Positions 43,699-53,359 of a stretch of 64,000 nt of DNA are shown in pieces (within the stretch, counting starts at the first letter, position 1; each line of letters opens with the position of its first letter). Under the pieces are notes generated by a model, which was not told the DNA's origin, made no database searches, and saw only the letters and a program-made list of their open reading frames with translations. The stretch is from Polaromonas sp. Its GTDB lineage: Bacteria > Pseudomonadota > Gammaproteobacteria > Burkholderiales > Burkholderiaceae_C. The stretch is from positions 11,493 through 75,492 of the forward strand of contig JANNKV010000067.1 of the NCBI GenBank assembly GCA_031396485.1, in the 5' to 3' direction. A program made the translations under genes and the position numbers.

Positions 43699-44163
43699 TC
43701 AAGCGCCCACCTCTGGCGTGCGTATCACCAGCACCGGCACGGGTGCCAGGCGAATGATCTGCTCGGCCCCGCTGCCCAAAAACATGCGACCGACGCGCCT
43801 GCGCCCATGCGTTCCGACAACGATCAGATCAGCTTTCCAGCTTTGGGCCTCGGCGGCCACGGTGTCGCCCAGATGCTCGCCAAACTTGTCGATCAGCACC
43901 GTATCGGCGTTGATGCCAGCGGCCTGAACGATGGCCAAGGCATCGGCCAGAATTTTCTCGCCGGTTTCCCGCATGATCTTGATCAACTCGCCGGACTGCC
44001 CACCATACGGATCGACGCCGGTGAAGTAGGCCATTTCGTCGAGCACATGAATCAGCCGCAACACCGCACGGCCACCTGAATAGTTGGCCATTTCGCAAGC
44101 GGCGACCAGCGCCTTGTTCGATGTTGCACTGCCATCAACGGCAACCATGATGCGTCTGTACAT
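43699..44163 (-). CDS. universal stress protein (UspA family)
   Basis: 154 aa. MYRRIMVAVDGS... and C-terminal GTHGRRRVGRMFLGSGAEQIIRLAPVPVLVI (ATP-binding G-2x-G-9x-G(S/T)). Confidence 0.9.
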   Translation of the reverse strand: MYRRIMVAVDGSATSNKALVAACEMANYSGGRAVLRLIHVLDEMAYFTGVDPYGGQSGELIKIMRETGEKILADALAIVQAAGINADTVLIDKFGEHLGDTVAAEAQSWKADLIVVGTHGRRRVGRMFLGSGAEQIIRLAPVPVLVIRTPEVGA

Positions 44164-44256
44164 AAGTTAATCCTGGGTTGAAGATGGTTTAGAAAACTTC
44201 CTGACCGCCAAGCGGCGACAGGCCTACCCTTCGCTTCGCTTCGCTTTGCTTTGCTT

Positions 44257-44679
44257 CTACTTGACCATCAACACCGGAATGTCGCAGTCCGCCATCACGC
44301 GCTGGGCCACGCTGCCCATCAGCGCCCTCACCAAAATCCCATGACCGTGGGCACCCATCACGATCATCTGCACCCGCTCTTTTTTGCTGACCCGAATAAT
44401 TTCACTGGCAGCAGCGCCCACTACCCACACGCAGCGGTAGCTCACCGCCTGTTGGTCTAAAAACTTTTTGATCGGCTTGAGCACCTTTTCAGCTTGGCCG
44501 AGTTGATAGGCTTCAACTTCGGCTGACCCCAGCTTGCTCTTGATATGCGGCGACACCGGGTCTTGCACATGGAACACGATCAGCTCGTCATCCGCTGTGG
44601 CCAGTTTGTTACTTGCTACCAAGAACGTCAGCGCTTTTTTCGTGAACTTGCTGCCGTCGGCAGCTAACAATATCTTCAT
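44257..44679 (-). CDS. universal stress protein (UspA family)
   Basis: 140 aa. MKILLAADGS... and GAHGHGILVRALMGSVAQRVMADCDIPVLMV. Confidence 0.9.
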   Translation of the reverse strand: MKILLAADGSKFTKKALTFLVASNKLATADDELIVFHVQDPVSPHIKSKLGSAEVEAYQLGQAEKVLKPIKKFLDQQAVSYRCVWVVGAAASEIIRVSKKERVQMIVMGAHGHGILVRALMGSVAQRVMADCDIPVLMVK

Positions 44680-44806
44680 GGTTTTTCCTTCGGTTGTTGT
44701 AAATATTCAGGGGACTCGTTGATTCGATGGTGATCTGGCGGTGCAATCATCACTTCACCAGTATCAACGGAATTTCGCTCTCGTCTGCGGTGCGAAGGAG
44801 TCATAT

Positions 44807-45820
44807 CTAGACTGCACGCTGCGCCACATACACATACAGCGGCAAGCCCAACAAAATATTGAACGGAAATGTTAGCCCCAGCGACATGCCGAAGTACAGC
44901 GAGGCACTGGCCTCTGGGATGGCGTGCCGGATGACAGCCGGCACGGCAATGTACGAAGCGCTGGCAGCCAGCACCATCAATAGCGCTGTGTTGCCCGCTG
45001 ACATGCCCAGCACAGCGCCCATCGTCAGCGCGAGCGCCGCATGCGCCAGCGGCCCGGCAATGGCGTAGGCCAGCAACCAGGGCGACTTGCCTTTGAGCTC
45101 GCCCATATTGCGCGCCGCCATCAGACCCATGTCGAGCAGAAAAAAGCACAGCATGCCTTTGAACAGATCACCGGTGAACGGCTTCATGGCTGATTCACCC
45201 GACTCGCCGGTGAGGATGCCGATCAGCATGGCGCCGAGCAAAAGCAGCTGGCTGCCATCGGTCAGCGATTCGTGCATGATGCGCCCCAGTGGTGCGCCGG
45301 ATGCGACCCCTGCAGCAGGCATGTTTTGCAATAGTCGGCGGCTTGTCAGGCCAGCCAGGGTTGCGGCACTGCTGCGTTGCCGCTCCCGATTCGCCAGCAA
45401 CACAGCCAGCACAATCGCCGGCGACTCCATCAGCGCCATGGCGGCGGCCATGTGCCCGCCGTAGGCAACGCCCTGGCTGTCAAGATAGGTGGTGGCCGTG
45501 ATGAAAGTAACAGCGCTGACCGAGCCGTACGTGGCGGCCACCGCAGCCGCGTCATAGCCATTGAGCACCCGCCGAAGCAAGGCATAGCCAATGACCGGGA
45601 CGATGACCGCGAGCGCCACCGCAGACAGCAAACTGACCGCTACCTCGGTGGTCAGGCCGGACCGCGCCAGTGCAAAACCGCCCTTCAAGCCCAGCGCCAT
45701 CAGGAGATAGAGTGACAAGAAGCGCGATATTTGCGGCGGAATCTCAAGGTTTGACTTCAACGCGCCGGCAAAAATGCCAAAGACAAAGAAAAGAATCGCC
45801 GGGTCGAGAAAGTTTTGCAC
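44807..45820 (-). CDS. SbtA-like sodium-dependent bicarbonate transport family permease (DUF897)
   Basis: 337 aa polytopic protein. The N-terminus LDPAILFFVFGIFAGALKSNLEIP matches the Sbt_1 family pattern. Confidence 0.7.
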   Translation of the reverse strand: MQNFLDPAILFFVFGIFAGALKSNLEIPPQISRFLSLYLLMALGLKGGFALARSGLTTEVAVSLLSAVALAVIVPVIGYALLRRVLNGYDAAAVAATYGSVSAVTFITATTYLDSQGVAYGGHMAAAMALMESPAIVLAVLLANRERQRSSAATLAGLTSRRLLQNMPAAGVASGAPLGRIMHESLTDGSQLLLLGAMLIGILTGESGESAMKPFTGDLFKGMLCFFLLDMGLMAARNMGELKGKSPWLLAYAIAGPLAHAALALTMGAVLGMSAGNTALLMVLAASASYIAVPAVIRHAIPEASASLYFGMSLGLTFPFNILLGLPLYVYVAQRAV

Positions 45821-46016
45821 AAAGAACCCGAATTTACACAGCGCCAGAGTCTGGTCGCGTGTCGTTCACGTGACACCACCGCGCCAAAGTCTGTTTTGGG
45901 TCGCACTGGAAGGAATCTGCCCGGAAACGCATCTACAACGTGTCCAGGTAACGATGCAGCAACAAGCAGAAGTCAGCTTTCGCTGGATTCAAGCTTGTTG
46001 CCAGCTGCTCGGAAAA

Positions 46017-46457
46017 TCAGCCCCCGCGGTTGTTTAATGCAGGGCGCAGGGCGCGCCCCACGGCATAGTGCGCTCCACCAGCCAACACAAGCAGGCACAC
46101 CATGCCGAGCGCCCAGACAACCCAAACCAGGGGTGCCAACCACTCAAGCACTGACCCCAAAGCCGGCAATGCAGCGAAACCCCAGCCCATCATGCTGGTG
46201 GTGGTGCTGCGTAGCCAGGTCAGGAACTCGGGACCGACCCACGAGGCCAGCCATTCGGGCACGGGCCACTGCGCAATCTGGCCAGTCAGACCACCCGTCT
46301 CCCCGGCGTTTGCCGCGAGCCACCCAACCAGCGACACCAGCACGGCGGCGCTCACGGTCCATACCAACGCCGACACCATTGTCGCAATCCATACAAACGT
46401 TTTCACGTGATCAACTCCATAAAAAGCAGCGACAGCGCCGTACGTTTTCAAGCTCAA
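46017..46457 (-). CDS. hypothetical membrane protein
   Basis: 146 aa, 3-4 W-rich TM helices. 7 nt downstream of the terC stop. Confidence 0.5.
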   Translation of the reverse strand: MSLKTYGAVAAFYGVDHVKTFVWIATMVSALVWTVSAAVLVSLVGWLAANAGETGGLTGQIAQWPVPEWLASWVGPEFLTWLRSTTTSMMGWGFAALPALGSVLEWLAPLVWVVWALGMVCLLVLAGGAHYAVGRALRPALNNRGG

Positions 46458-46464
46458 TCCAATG

Positions 46465-47445
46465 CTAGACCGTCACCTTGCCGCGCGTCTTCCAGAGCGA
46501 CACAATAACCCCGCCCGCAATCAAGCCGAACGTTACGGTTAGTGAAATTGACGGCGGAATCTTGCCAATGATGCCAACCAGAAATATCTTGGTGCCGATG
46601 AAGACTAACACCAGCGCCAGCGCGTACTTGAGGTACTTGAAACGGTGAATCATCGCGGCCAGCGCGAAGTACAGCGCACGCAGACCCAGAATCGCAAAGA
46701 TATTGCTGGTGTAGACGATGAAGGGGTCGTTGGTGATGGCAAAAATGGCTGGCACTGAATCGACCGCAAATACCAGGTCGACGAACTCGACCATCACCAA
46801 AGCCAAAAACAGGGGCGTGGCCCAGCGCACCAGCTTGCCGGTGACCGGGTCGGGGCGATACACGAAGAAGGCGTTACCTTCAACTTTGGGTGTGACGCGC
46901 ATGCGCTTGCGCAGGAGCTTCAACAAAGGATTGTTCGCAATGTCAGGCATGTGGTCGGCAACGATCCACATCTTGATGCCGGTAAACACCAGGAAGGCGC
47001 CGAACAGATACAGAACCCAGCTGAACTGGCTGACCAGCGTAGCGCCCAGCGCAATCATGATGGCGCGTAAAACGATCACGCCCAGAATGCCCCAGAACAG
47101 CACGCGGTGCTGGTACTGCCGCGGAATGGCGAGATAAGTGAAGATCAACGCGATGACAAACACGTTGTCCATCGACAGCGATTTCTCGATCAGGAAACCG
47201 GTGAAATACTCTGTGCCGCTTTGGGCACCCAGATACCACCAGACCCACGCGCCGAACAGCGCTGCCATGCCGATGTAGCCACCGGATAGAAAAAGGCTTT
47301 CGCGCACGCCGATCTCGCGATCGTCACTGTGCAGCACGCCCAGATCCAGCGCCAGCAGTGAGACGACCACGCCGGCGAACAGCAGCCACAGCCAGACGGC
47401 TTTACCCAAAAAGTCGGCATGCATGAATTGAAGAAGGGTTTCCAA
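46465..47445 (-). CDS. terC: TerC-family integral membrane protein
   Basis: FLIEKSLSMDNVFVIALIF and the second DSVPAIFAIT motif are typical of TerC/Alx. Confidence 0.85.
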   Translation of the reverse strand: METLLQFMHADFLGKAVWLWLLFAGVVVSLLALDLGVLHSDDREIGVRESLFLSGGYIGMAALFGAWVWWYLGAQSGTEYFTGFLIEKSLSMDNVFVIALIFTYLAIPRQYQHRVLFWGILGVIVLRAIMIALGATLVSQFSWVLYLFGAFLVFTGIKMWIVADHMPDIANNPLLKLLRKRMRVTPKVEGNAFFVYRPDPVTGKLVRWATPLFLALVMVEFVDLVFAVDSVPAIFAITNDPFIVYTSNIFAILGLRALYFALAAMIHRFKYLKYALALVLVFIGTKIFLVGIIGKIPPSISLTVTFGLIAGGVIVSLWKTRGKVTV

Positions 47446-47499
47446 GAAAAGTTGCTCCGAAAGTTGTTGTTCAGTTTTTTTGTCTGTAGAGAAACGCTG

Positions 47500-47937
47500 T
47501 CAGGCAGAGCTCAGCGGCCGCTCCGGCGTGCACAGCGCAAACATGTCCCGGTGCAGCCCCCAATGCTCCACCGCCGCATTGATCACCGTCGATTCGCTGT
47601 CATGAACCCGGCCGTCTGCTTCAACGACCGCGATGCAAAGGCGAAGCACTTTCCTTCGCAGGGCCGGATCATCGATCTCGGCCATCAGTGCGGCCATGGT
47701 CCGCGGGTCAACCAGACCGTCCTCGGCCCAACCCGGATGACGGGCAACCTCGATATCCTGGCCGAACGCTTCCACCACCGCATCGAGTTGACGCATCGAC
47801 AGGCCGAGCTGCTCATGCGCCCGGACATATTCGAGCATCAGCATTTCTTCGCTTTCCATCACGCCGTCGGCCAGCAGGGCCAGCGCCACGATACGCGCGG
47901 CAGCTTGTGGGCTGTTGAGTGGGTAACTTCTCATCAT
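47500..47937 (-). CDS. TerB-like protein
   Basis: AAARIVALALLADGVMESEEMLML...LRLCIAVVEADGRVHDSE has duplicated TerB-type helices. Confidence 0.6.
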   Translation of the reverse strand: MMRSYPLNSPQAAARIVALALLADGVMESEEMLMLEYVRAHEQLGLSMRQLDAVVEAFGQDIEVARHPGWAEDGLVDPRTMAALMAEIDDPALRRKVLRLCIAVVEADGRVHDSESTVINAAVEHWGLHRDMFALCTPERPLSSA

Positions 47938-47999
47938 GTCTGGGCTCCTGGAAGGTGAGGGTCAAGAATGCAGTGCTGGCGTGGGGCTGGTCAGCGCGG

Positions 48000-48290
48000 T
48001 CAGTCAAAGATGTCGCTCATCCATGATTTTTTGCGACGCCCCTGACTGCCGGCGTCGCGGCCCCAGCCGCCGTGCGGTGAGGTATCTTCAAAATCGCGGC
48101 GCATTCCGGCGGACTGACGCGGCGCCGTCGCTGCGGCGTGTTCCGCCTCTGGTATGGCGGCGCGATCGATCAGCTTGTCGAGCTCGCCGCGATCCAGCCA
48201 GACGCCACGGCAGACCGGGCAATAGTCAATTTCGACACCCTGCCGCTCCGTCATCAGCAGCGCGGTGTCAAGGCAGTTGGGGCATTTCAT
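48000..48290 (-). CDS. TFIIB-type zinc-ribbon protein
   Basis: MKCPNC...IDYCPVCRGVWLDRGELDKL is the zf-TFIIB (PF13453-like) pattern. Confidence 0.8.
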   Translation of the reverse strand: MKCPNCLDTALLMTERQGVEIDYCPVCRGVWLDRGELDKLIDRAAIPEAEHAAATAPRQSAGMRRDFEDTSPHGGWGRDAGSQGRRKKSWMSDIFD

Positions 48291-48321
48291 GAAAGTTCTT
48301 TCCGGGGTATGGGTTGCTTGG

Positions 48322-49098
48322 TCATTCGTCGGACCCGCCCATGCCGAAAAGGCTCAGCAGGCTGGCGAACAGATTGAAAATTGAAACGTACAAACCGACC
48401 GTGGCCAGCACGTAATTCGTTTCGCCGCCGTGGATGATGCGGCTGGTGTCGTGAAGAATCAGGCCGGCCGACAGCAGTGCGACCATGGCAGAGACAGCCA
48501 GTCCCAGCGCCGGTATTTGCAGAAAGATCGCGGCCAGCCCGCAAAGCAGCGCAATCACCATGCCGGCAAACAAAAAGCCGCCCATGAAGCTGAAATCGCG
48601 CCGCGTTGTCAGCACCCAACTGGAAAGCGCCATGAACGTGACGCCCGTGGCCGCCAGCGCCATGGTGACGATCTGCCCACCGCCCGGCAGGGCCAGCGAC
48701 TGCGTCAGCAGCGGGCCAAGCGAATAACCCATGAAGCCGGTCAAACCAAAGACCGCCGGCAGCGCCCATACGCTGTTCCGGAGCTTGAACACGGCAAACA
48801 GCAGACCGAAGTAGCCCGCCAGCGTGATCAGAACGCCCGGCCCCGGCAAGGCCAGCGCCACGCTGGTCGCAGCAACGCCTGCACTGAAAAGCAGCGTCAG
48901 GCTCAGCAGTGCGTAGGTGTTGCGCAATACGCGTGTGGCCTCGGGCGTGGTGGCTGGCGCGGGCAAACGCGCCGGGTGACCCCAGCCATCAGACCGGCCT
49001 GGCGAAGACTCGAATGGGTTGCGCGCCTGCCCGCTCGGTAGCGCGGCCGCGTCAGCCGGCGCGGGTTGGCGGCGAAGATCAGTGTCAAGGCGTTCCAT
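48322..49098 (-). CDS. Bax inhibitor-1/YccA-family membrane protein
   Basis: VLRNTYALLSLTLLFS start of the conserved core, 7 TM helices, C-terminal charged tail. Confidence 0.85.
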   Translation of the reverse strand: MERLDTDLRRQPAPADAAALPSGQARNPFESSPGRSDGWGHPARLPAPATTPEATRVLRNTYALLSLTLLFSAGVAATSVALALPGPGVLITLAGYFGLLFAVFKLRNSVWALPAVFGLTGFMGYSLGPLLTQSLALPGGGQIVTMALAATGVTFMALSSWVLTTRRDFSFMGGFLFAGMVIALLCGLAAIFLQIPALGLAVSAMVALLSAGLILHDTSRIIHGGETNYVLATVGLYVSIFNLFASLLSLFGMGGSDE

Positions 49099-49131
49099 GA
49101 GAATCCTTTCGGTGGGAGAGTTTTGAAAGCG

Positions 49132-49482
49132 TCAGCTGACCGAGGGCAATGCCGTCAATCGCGTGCGAGGAATTCGCCGCACCTGCCGTGTCTGCTGCCA
49201 GTTGTGCAACAACGCCTTGGCTGCACGCGTCACGGCGCTGTGCAGGGCCGAGCGCCAGTCGCGCGCCATCGAGGTGACGATGACCGGCTCGGTCGCGTCG
49301 GTGGTGAGTTCGATCTGGCAGCGTTTGTCAATGCCACCACGCGGGCCATTCACGTCCGACAGTTGCACGCGCGCGCGAGGTGCCAGCCAGCTCAGGCGAC
49401 GCAGCGCCAGGCGCACACGCCGCTCGGCCACGGGTTGCAGATGAATGGCTTCCGGATCGCGGGATTCAAAAGTGACTTGCAT
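49132..49482 (-). CDS. HPF/RaiA-like ribosome-associated protein
   Basis: Start trimmed to MQVTFES with an AAGGAG RBS. About 116 aa with an S30EA-like beta-alpha pattern. The family call is tentative. Confidence 0.5.
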   Translation of the reverse strand: MQVTFESRDPEAIHLQPVAERRVRLALRRLSWLAPRARVQLSDVNGPRGGIDKRCQIELTTDATEPVIVTSMARDWRSALHSAVTRAAKALLHNWQQTRQVRRIPRTRLTALPSVS

Positions 49483-49630
49483 TGAAGATCTCCTTGCGGG
49501 GTTGAACATGGCGCAACGATAGGGTAGCGATTGCGTTTGAAAAAGCAGAGAATTACGATTCAATACTTCTGATAAACCTGAATTGAAGGTTTACCAACCC
49601 CGCCAGAATCCCGATGGAAAGGAAACGGCC

Positions 49631-50515
49631 ATGAGCCAGGATTTCAACTACCGCCACCTCTACTACTTCTGGGTCGTTGCCAAGGAAGGCGGCATGGCCC
49701 GCGCAGCCGAGCGGCTGGACATGGCGGTGCAGACCGTGAGCACGCAGGTACGTGAGCTCGAACGCGCGCTGGGCCATACGCTGCTGAGCCCGGTCGGGCG
49801 CGGGCTGCGCCTGACGGACGCCGGCCTGGCCGCCATGCGCCAGGCCGAGCAGATTTTTCAGCTCGGCAAGGAATTACCGGCGGTGATACGCGACGCCATC
49901 GGCACGCCTACCGTGCGTCTGACGGTCGGCATCTCTGACGGCCTGCCCAAGCTGGCGGTGCGCCGCCTGATGCAGCCGGTGATGCAGGCACCCCGGCTGC
50001 GGCTGCTGTGCCATGAAGACCGCTTCGACGACTTGCTGGGCGACCTGGCCCTGCACCGGCTCGACGTGGTACTGGCCGACCGTGCCGCACCCGCCAACCC
50101 CAACCTGAAGCTGTACAGCCATGCGCTGGGCTCTTCGGCGCTGGCCTGGTATGCGCCGGCACAGCTGCACGCGGCGGCACTGCAGGATTTCCCCGCGTCG
50201 CTGGCGACGGTGCCGGTCTTGCTGCCGACAACACAGGCGGCCGTGCGCGGCAGGCTGGATCAATGGTTCGAGCGGGTGGGTGTCAAACCGAATCTGGTGG
50301 GCGAATTTGAAGACAGCGCCCTGCTCAAAACTTTCGGCGCTGCCGGCATGGGCGTTTTTCCCGCCGCCGAATGGGTACACGATGAATTAGCCGCGCGGTA
50401 TCAGGTCACGAAGGTTGGTCCGTGCGACGGCGTCGAAGAACATTTTTTTGGTATTGCCGCGCAAAAGAAAGTGCTGCATCCACTGGTGCAGGAGCTGCTG
50501 CGGGCGCAGCATTGA
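49631..50515 (+). CDS. LysR-family transcriptional regulator, NhaR-like
   Basis: FNYRHLYYFWVVAKEGGMARAAERLDMAVQTVSTQVRELERALG closely follows the NhaR N-terminal HTH pattern. Divergent from the 49482 operon. Confidence 0.85.
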   Translation: MSQDFNYRHLYYFWVVAKEGGMARAAERLDMAVQTVSTQVRELERALGHTLLSPVGRGLRLTDAGLAAMRQAEQIFQLGKELPAVIRDAIGTPTVRLTVGISDGLPKLAVRRLMQPVMQAPRLRLLCHEDRFDDLLGDLALHRLDVVLADRAAPANPNLKLYSHALGSSALAWYAPAQLHAAALQDFPASLATVPVLLPTTQAAVRGRLDQWFERVGVKPNLVGEFEDSALLKTFGAAGMGVFPAAEWVHDELAARYQVTKVGPCDGVEEHFFGIAAQKKVLHPLVQELLRAQH

Positions 50516-50549
50516 GCGCACAAGCAGTCACACGCCAAGCGCTGCAAAC

Positions 50550-50606
50550 GCTACACTATTGATAGCTTTTTACGCACGTATTACCTGGGCTAGAGACCAA
50601 TTTGAT
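50550..50606 (+). repeat. intergenic repeat family, copy 16
   Basis: GCTACACTATTGATAGCTTTTTACGCACGTATTACCTGGGCTAGAGACC. Confidence 0.8.
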
Positions 50607-50691
50607 GCATAGCGGGCATCAAACGGGTTCTGAATCCCTCCCCGCTCGTCATCCCTCGCAAACCCGCAGCTTCGCCCGCGCCCTGACGCCC

Positions 50692-51897
50692 TCAAACCCC
50701 TCCATCCCCAACCAATGCGGCACAGCGCTGCGTATGTACGGCGATCATGAGTTCCTCATCGGTGGGTATCACGGCAAGGCGTATGGCGCTGGACGCCGCA
50801 TGAATGCTTTCTTGCCCGCTGCTGTTAGCGCTCAGATCGATGCGCGCACCCAACCATTTACAACCTTCGCAGATGCGCGCCCGGATAGGCGCCGCGTGCT
50901 GCCCAATCCCGGCGGTGAACACCAGGGCATCGACGCCGCCCATGGCAGCCGCCAGCGAACCAATATCGCAAACGATGCGGTACACAAACAGCGCAATCGC
51001 TTCGGCCGCCCGCCGGTCGCCACTTTGCAGCAAGACTTGCATGTCCCCGCTGATGCCTGACACGCCCAGCAAACCAGAGCGGTTGTAGAGCAGATCGCTG
51101 ACTTCTTGCGGACTCATCCTGAGTTGCTGCAGCAGGTAAAGCACAACACCCGCGTCGAGCATGCCGCAGCGGGTTCCCATCATCAAGCCATCGAGCGCAG
51201 AAAAGCCCATGGTGGACGCGACGCTTTTGCCCTGGTGTATCGCGCACAGGCTGGCGCCATTGCCCAGGTGAAGCGCGATAACACGGCCACCCGCCTGATC
51301 ACCCAGCACGCGCGGCAACTGGGTAGCAATGTATTCGTAAGACAGCCCGTGAAAGCCGTAGCGCCGCACGCCCGCTTCCGTCAACTCGCGCGGCAGTGCA
51401 AACGCCTGCGCAGTAGCGGCCTGCGTGCTGTGAAACGCCGTGTCAAAGCACGCGACGTGCGGCACGCCAGGCAGGTGCTCGCCCAGAAGCCGAATGGCTT
51501 TCAGGTTGTGCGGCTGATGCAGGGGCGCCAGCGGCACATGGGCTTCAAGCTCACGAAGAATTTCTGCATTCACCAGCACGGGGTTCACATAGGTTTGTCC
51601 GCCGTGAACCACGCGGTGCCCCACCGCTGCCACCTGTCGCCCACCGTCATGTCCGGCGAGCCAGGCCACCATCAGGGTCATGGCATGGTCGTAGTCAAAG
51701 GAGGCGCTTTCGCAGGCCACTTGCCTTTTTTCGAGCAGTGTGCCATCCGCGCTTTTAACGATCAGCTCAACGTGGTCACCCACCTTGGCGACGCGTCCCT
51801 TGCCGATCAGCGTCGGCGTGTCGGCAACAGCAACTGGCTCGAACAGCGCAAACTTGACGCTCGATGAGCCTGCGTTAACGACCAGAATCGCGTTCAT
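50692..51897 (-). CDS. ackA: acetate/propionate-family kinase
   Basis: MNAILVVNAGSSSVKFALFE N-terminus and HLGNGASLCAI motif. Confidence 0.9.
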   Translation of the reverse strand: MNAILVVNAGSSSVKFALFEPVAVADTPTLIGKGRVAKVGDHVELIVKSADGTLLEKRQVACESASFDYDHAMTLMVAWLAGHDGGRQVAAVGHRVVHGGQTYVNPVLVNAEILRELEAHVPLAPLHQPHNLKAIRLLGEHLPGVPHVACFDTAFHSTQAATAQAFALPRELTEAGVRRYGFHGLSYEYIATQLPRVLGDQAGGRVIALHLGNGASLCAIHQGKSVASTMGFSALDGLMMGTRCGMLDAGVVLYLLQQLRMSPQEVSDLLYNRSGLLGVSGISGDMQVLLQSGDRRAAEAIALFVYRIVCDIGSLAAAMGGVDALVFTAGIGQHAAPIRARICEGCKWLGARIDLSANSSGQESIHAASSAIRLAVIPTDEELMIAVHTQRCAALVGDGGV

Positions 51898-51904
51898 TCA
51901 GACC

Positions 51905-53335
51905 TCAGGTTTCCGGCTTCACTGCCGCTTTCGCCCTGACGAGCAACAGCGCCAGCGCACACGAAGCGATGCGTGACAACACACCGTCGGCCCGGCTGGT
52001 GAGGATGAGCGGCACGCGCGCCCCCAATACCAGCCCTGCTACCTGCGCATCCGCCAGGTACTGCAGCTGCTTGGCAAGCATATTGCCGGCTTCCAGGTCA
52101 GGCGCAATCAGGATATCGGCATCACCTGCCACGCTGGACACAATTCCTTTGTCTTTGGCGGCCTTGGAAGAAACCGCGTTGTCGAAGGCCAGCGGCCCGT
52201 CAACAATGGCGCCGGTGATCTGCCCGCGATCCGCCATTTTGCAAAGGGCAGCAGCATCGAGCGTGGAACGCATATCCGGGTTGACCATTTCAACGGCGGC
52301 CAGAATCGCCACCTTGGGCCGGGCGATACCGATGGCATGGGCCAGGTCAATCGCGTTGCGTACGATGTCGCGCTTGGCTTGCAGGTCGGGCTCTACATTG
52401 ATGGCCGCGTCGCTGATAAGCAAGGGCTTGGGATACGAGGGAACATCCAGCACATAGACGTGGCTGACCCGCCTTTCGGTCCGCAGGCCTCCCGTTTCCT
52501 TCAACACTTCGGCCATCAATTCATCAGTGTGAAGGCTGCCCTTCATCAACGCCTGCACCTCGCCGTTGTGCGCCATTGCCACAGCCATTGCGGCTGCCGC
52601 ATGGCTGTGCGGCGCATGGACCAGCCGACAGCCGGCCAGGTCAATGTCATCGCGCGCCGCCAGTGCGCGTATTTTTTCTTCGGGCCCGACCAGCACCGGC
52701 ACGATCAAGCCCTCGCGCGCCGCTTCAATCGCGCCGCGCAATGACTCGTCGCTGCAGGGGTGCACCACGGCGACGGTGATAGGTTCAAGCCCTTGCGTGG
52801 CCGACAGCAGTTGCCGGTAACGCAGGGCCTTGTCCGTCAGCCGCACCTGCATCGGCTGCAGCCGCTCGCGACGCACCTTTTCAAGCGGCGCCAGCACCAG
52901 CGCGCTTCCGGTGATGACCTCACCGCCGTGCTGGTCGGTGCAGCGGCAATCCATCGTCGCATGGTGGTTCTTCTCGTCCATTGCTGTGACGGTCAACCGG
53001 ACGTCCAGCGTATCGCCGACATGTAATGGCCGCAGAAAACGCAGACTCTGGCCAAGGTAGATGGTTCCTGGCCCGGGGTACTGTGTGCCGAGCACGGTGG
53101 AGATCAATGCAGCGCCCCACATGCCGTGCGCAATAACGCCATGGAACTGCGTGCTGCGGGCGTATTCCGGATCCATGTGTGCCGGGTTGACGTCACCCGA
53201 CATGGCAGCAAACAGCTGAATGTCTTCGGCCTTCAGTGTGCGGCTCAACTGGGCGTTGTCTCCCACGCGCATCTCGTCGAAGGTGTGGTTTTCGATCATG
53301 TCGATCGGCGTGCTGGCGTTCATGTCTGCTCTCAT
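51905..53335 (-). CDS. bifunctional MaoC-type enoyl-CoA hydratase / phosphate acyltransferase (Pta/Ptb-like)
   Basis: N-terminal hot-dog domain (SGDVNPAHMDPEYA, HGMW) fused to a phosphate acetyl/butyryltransferase domain (SRADG..., AGNMLAK). Confidence 0.85.
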   Translation of the reverse strand: MRADMNASTPIDMIENHTFDEMRVGDNAQLSRTLKAEDIQLFAAMSGDVNPAHMDPEYARSTQFHGVIAHGMWGAALISTVLGTQYPGPGTIYLGQSLRFLRPLHVGDTLDVRLTVTAMDEKNHHATMDCRCTDQHGGEVITGSALVLAPLEKVRRERLQPMQVRLTDKALRYRQLLSATQGLEPITVAVVHPCSDESLRGAIEAAREGLIVPVLVGPEEKIRALAARDDIDLAGCRLVHAPHSHAAAAMAVAMAHNGEVQALMKGSLHTDELMAEVLKETGGLRTERRVSHVYVLDVPSYPKPLLISDAAINVEPDLQAKRDIVRNAIDLAHAIGIARPKVAILAAVEMVNPDMRSTLDAAALCKMADRGQITGAIVDGPLAFDNAVSSKAAKDKGIVSSVAGDADILIAPDLEAGNMLAKQLQYLADAQVAGLVLGARVPLILTSRADGVLSRIASCALALLLVRAKAAVKPET

Positions 53336-53359
53336 GGTCTGGCTACTTTGTTTCTGCGA

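Noticed and set aside
44680-44806. Looked for FNR/Anr-type boxes (TTGAT-N4-ATCAA) upstream of the USP, hsp20, phaC and ATPase genes, to support the hypoxia-locus idea.
   Set aside because: Only partial half-sites are present (for example TTGATTCGATGG, and TTCAATAAAATTGAA at about 60985-60999). None matches the consensus well enough to call.
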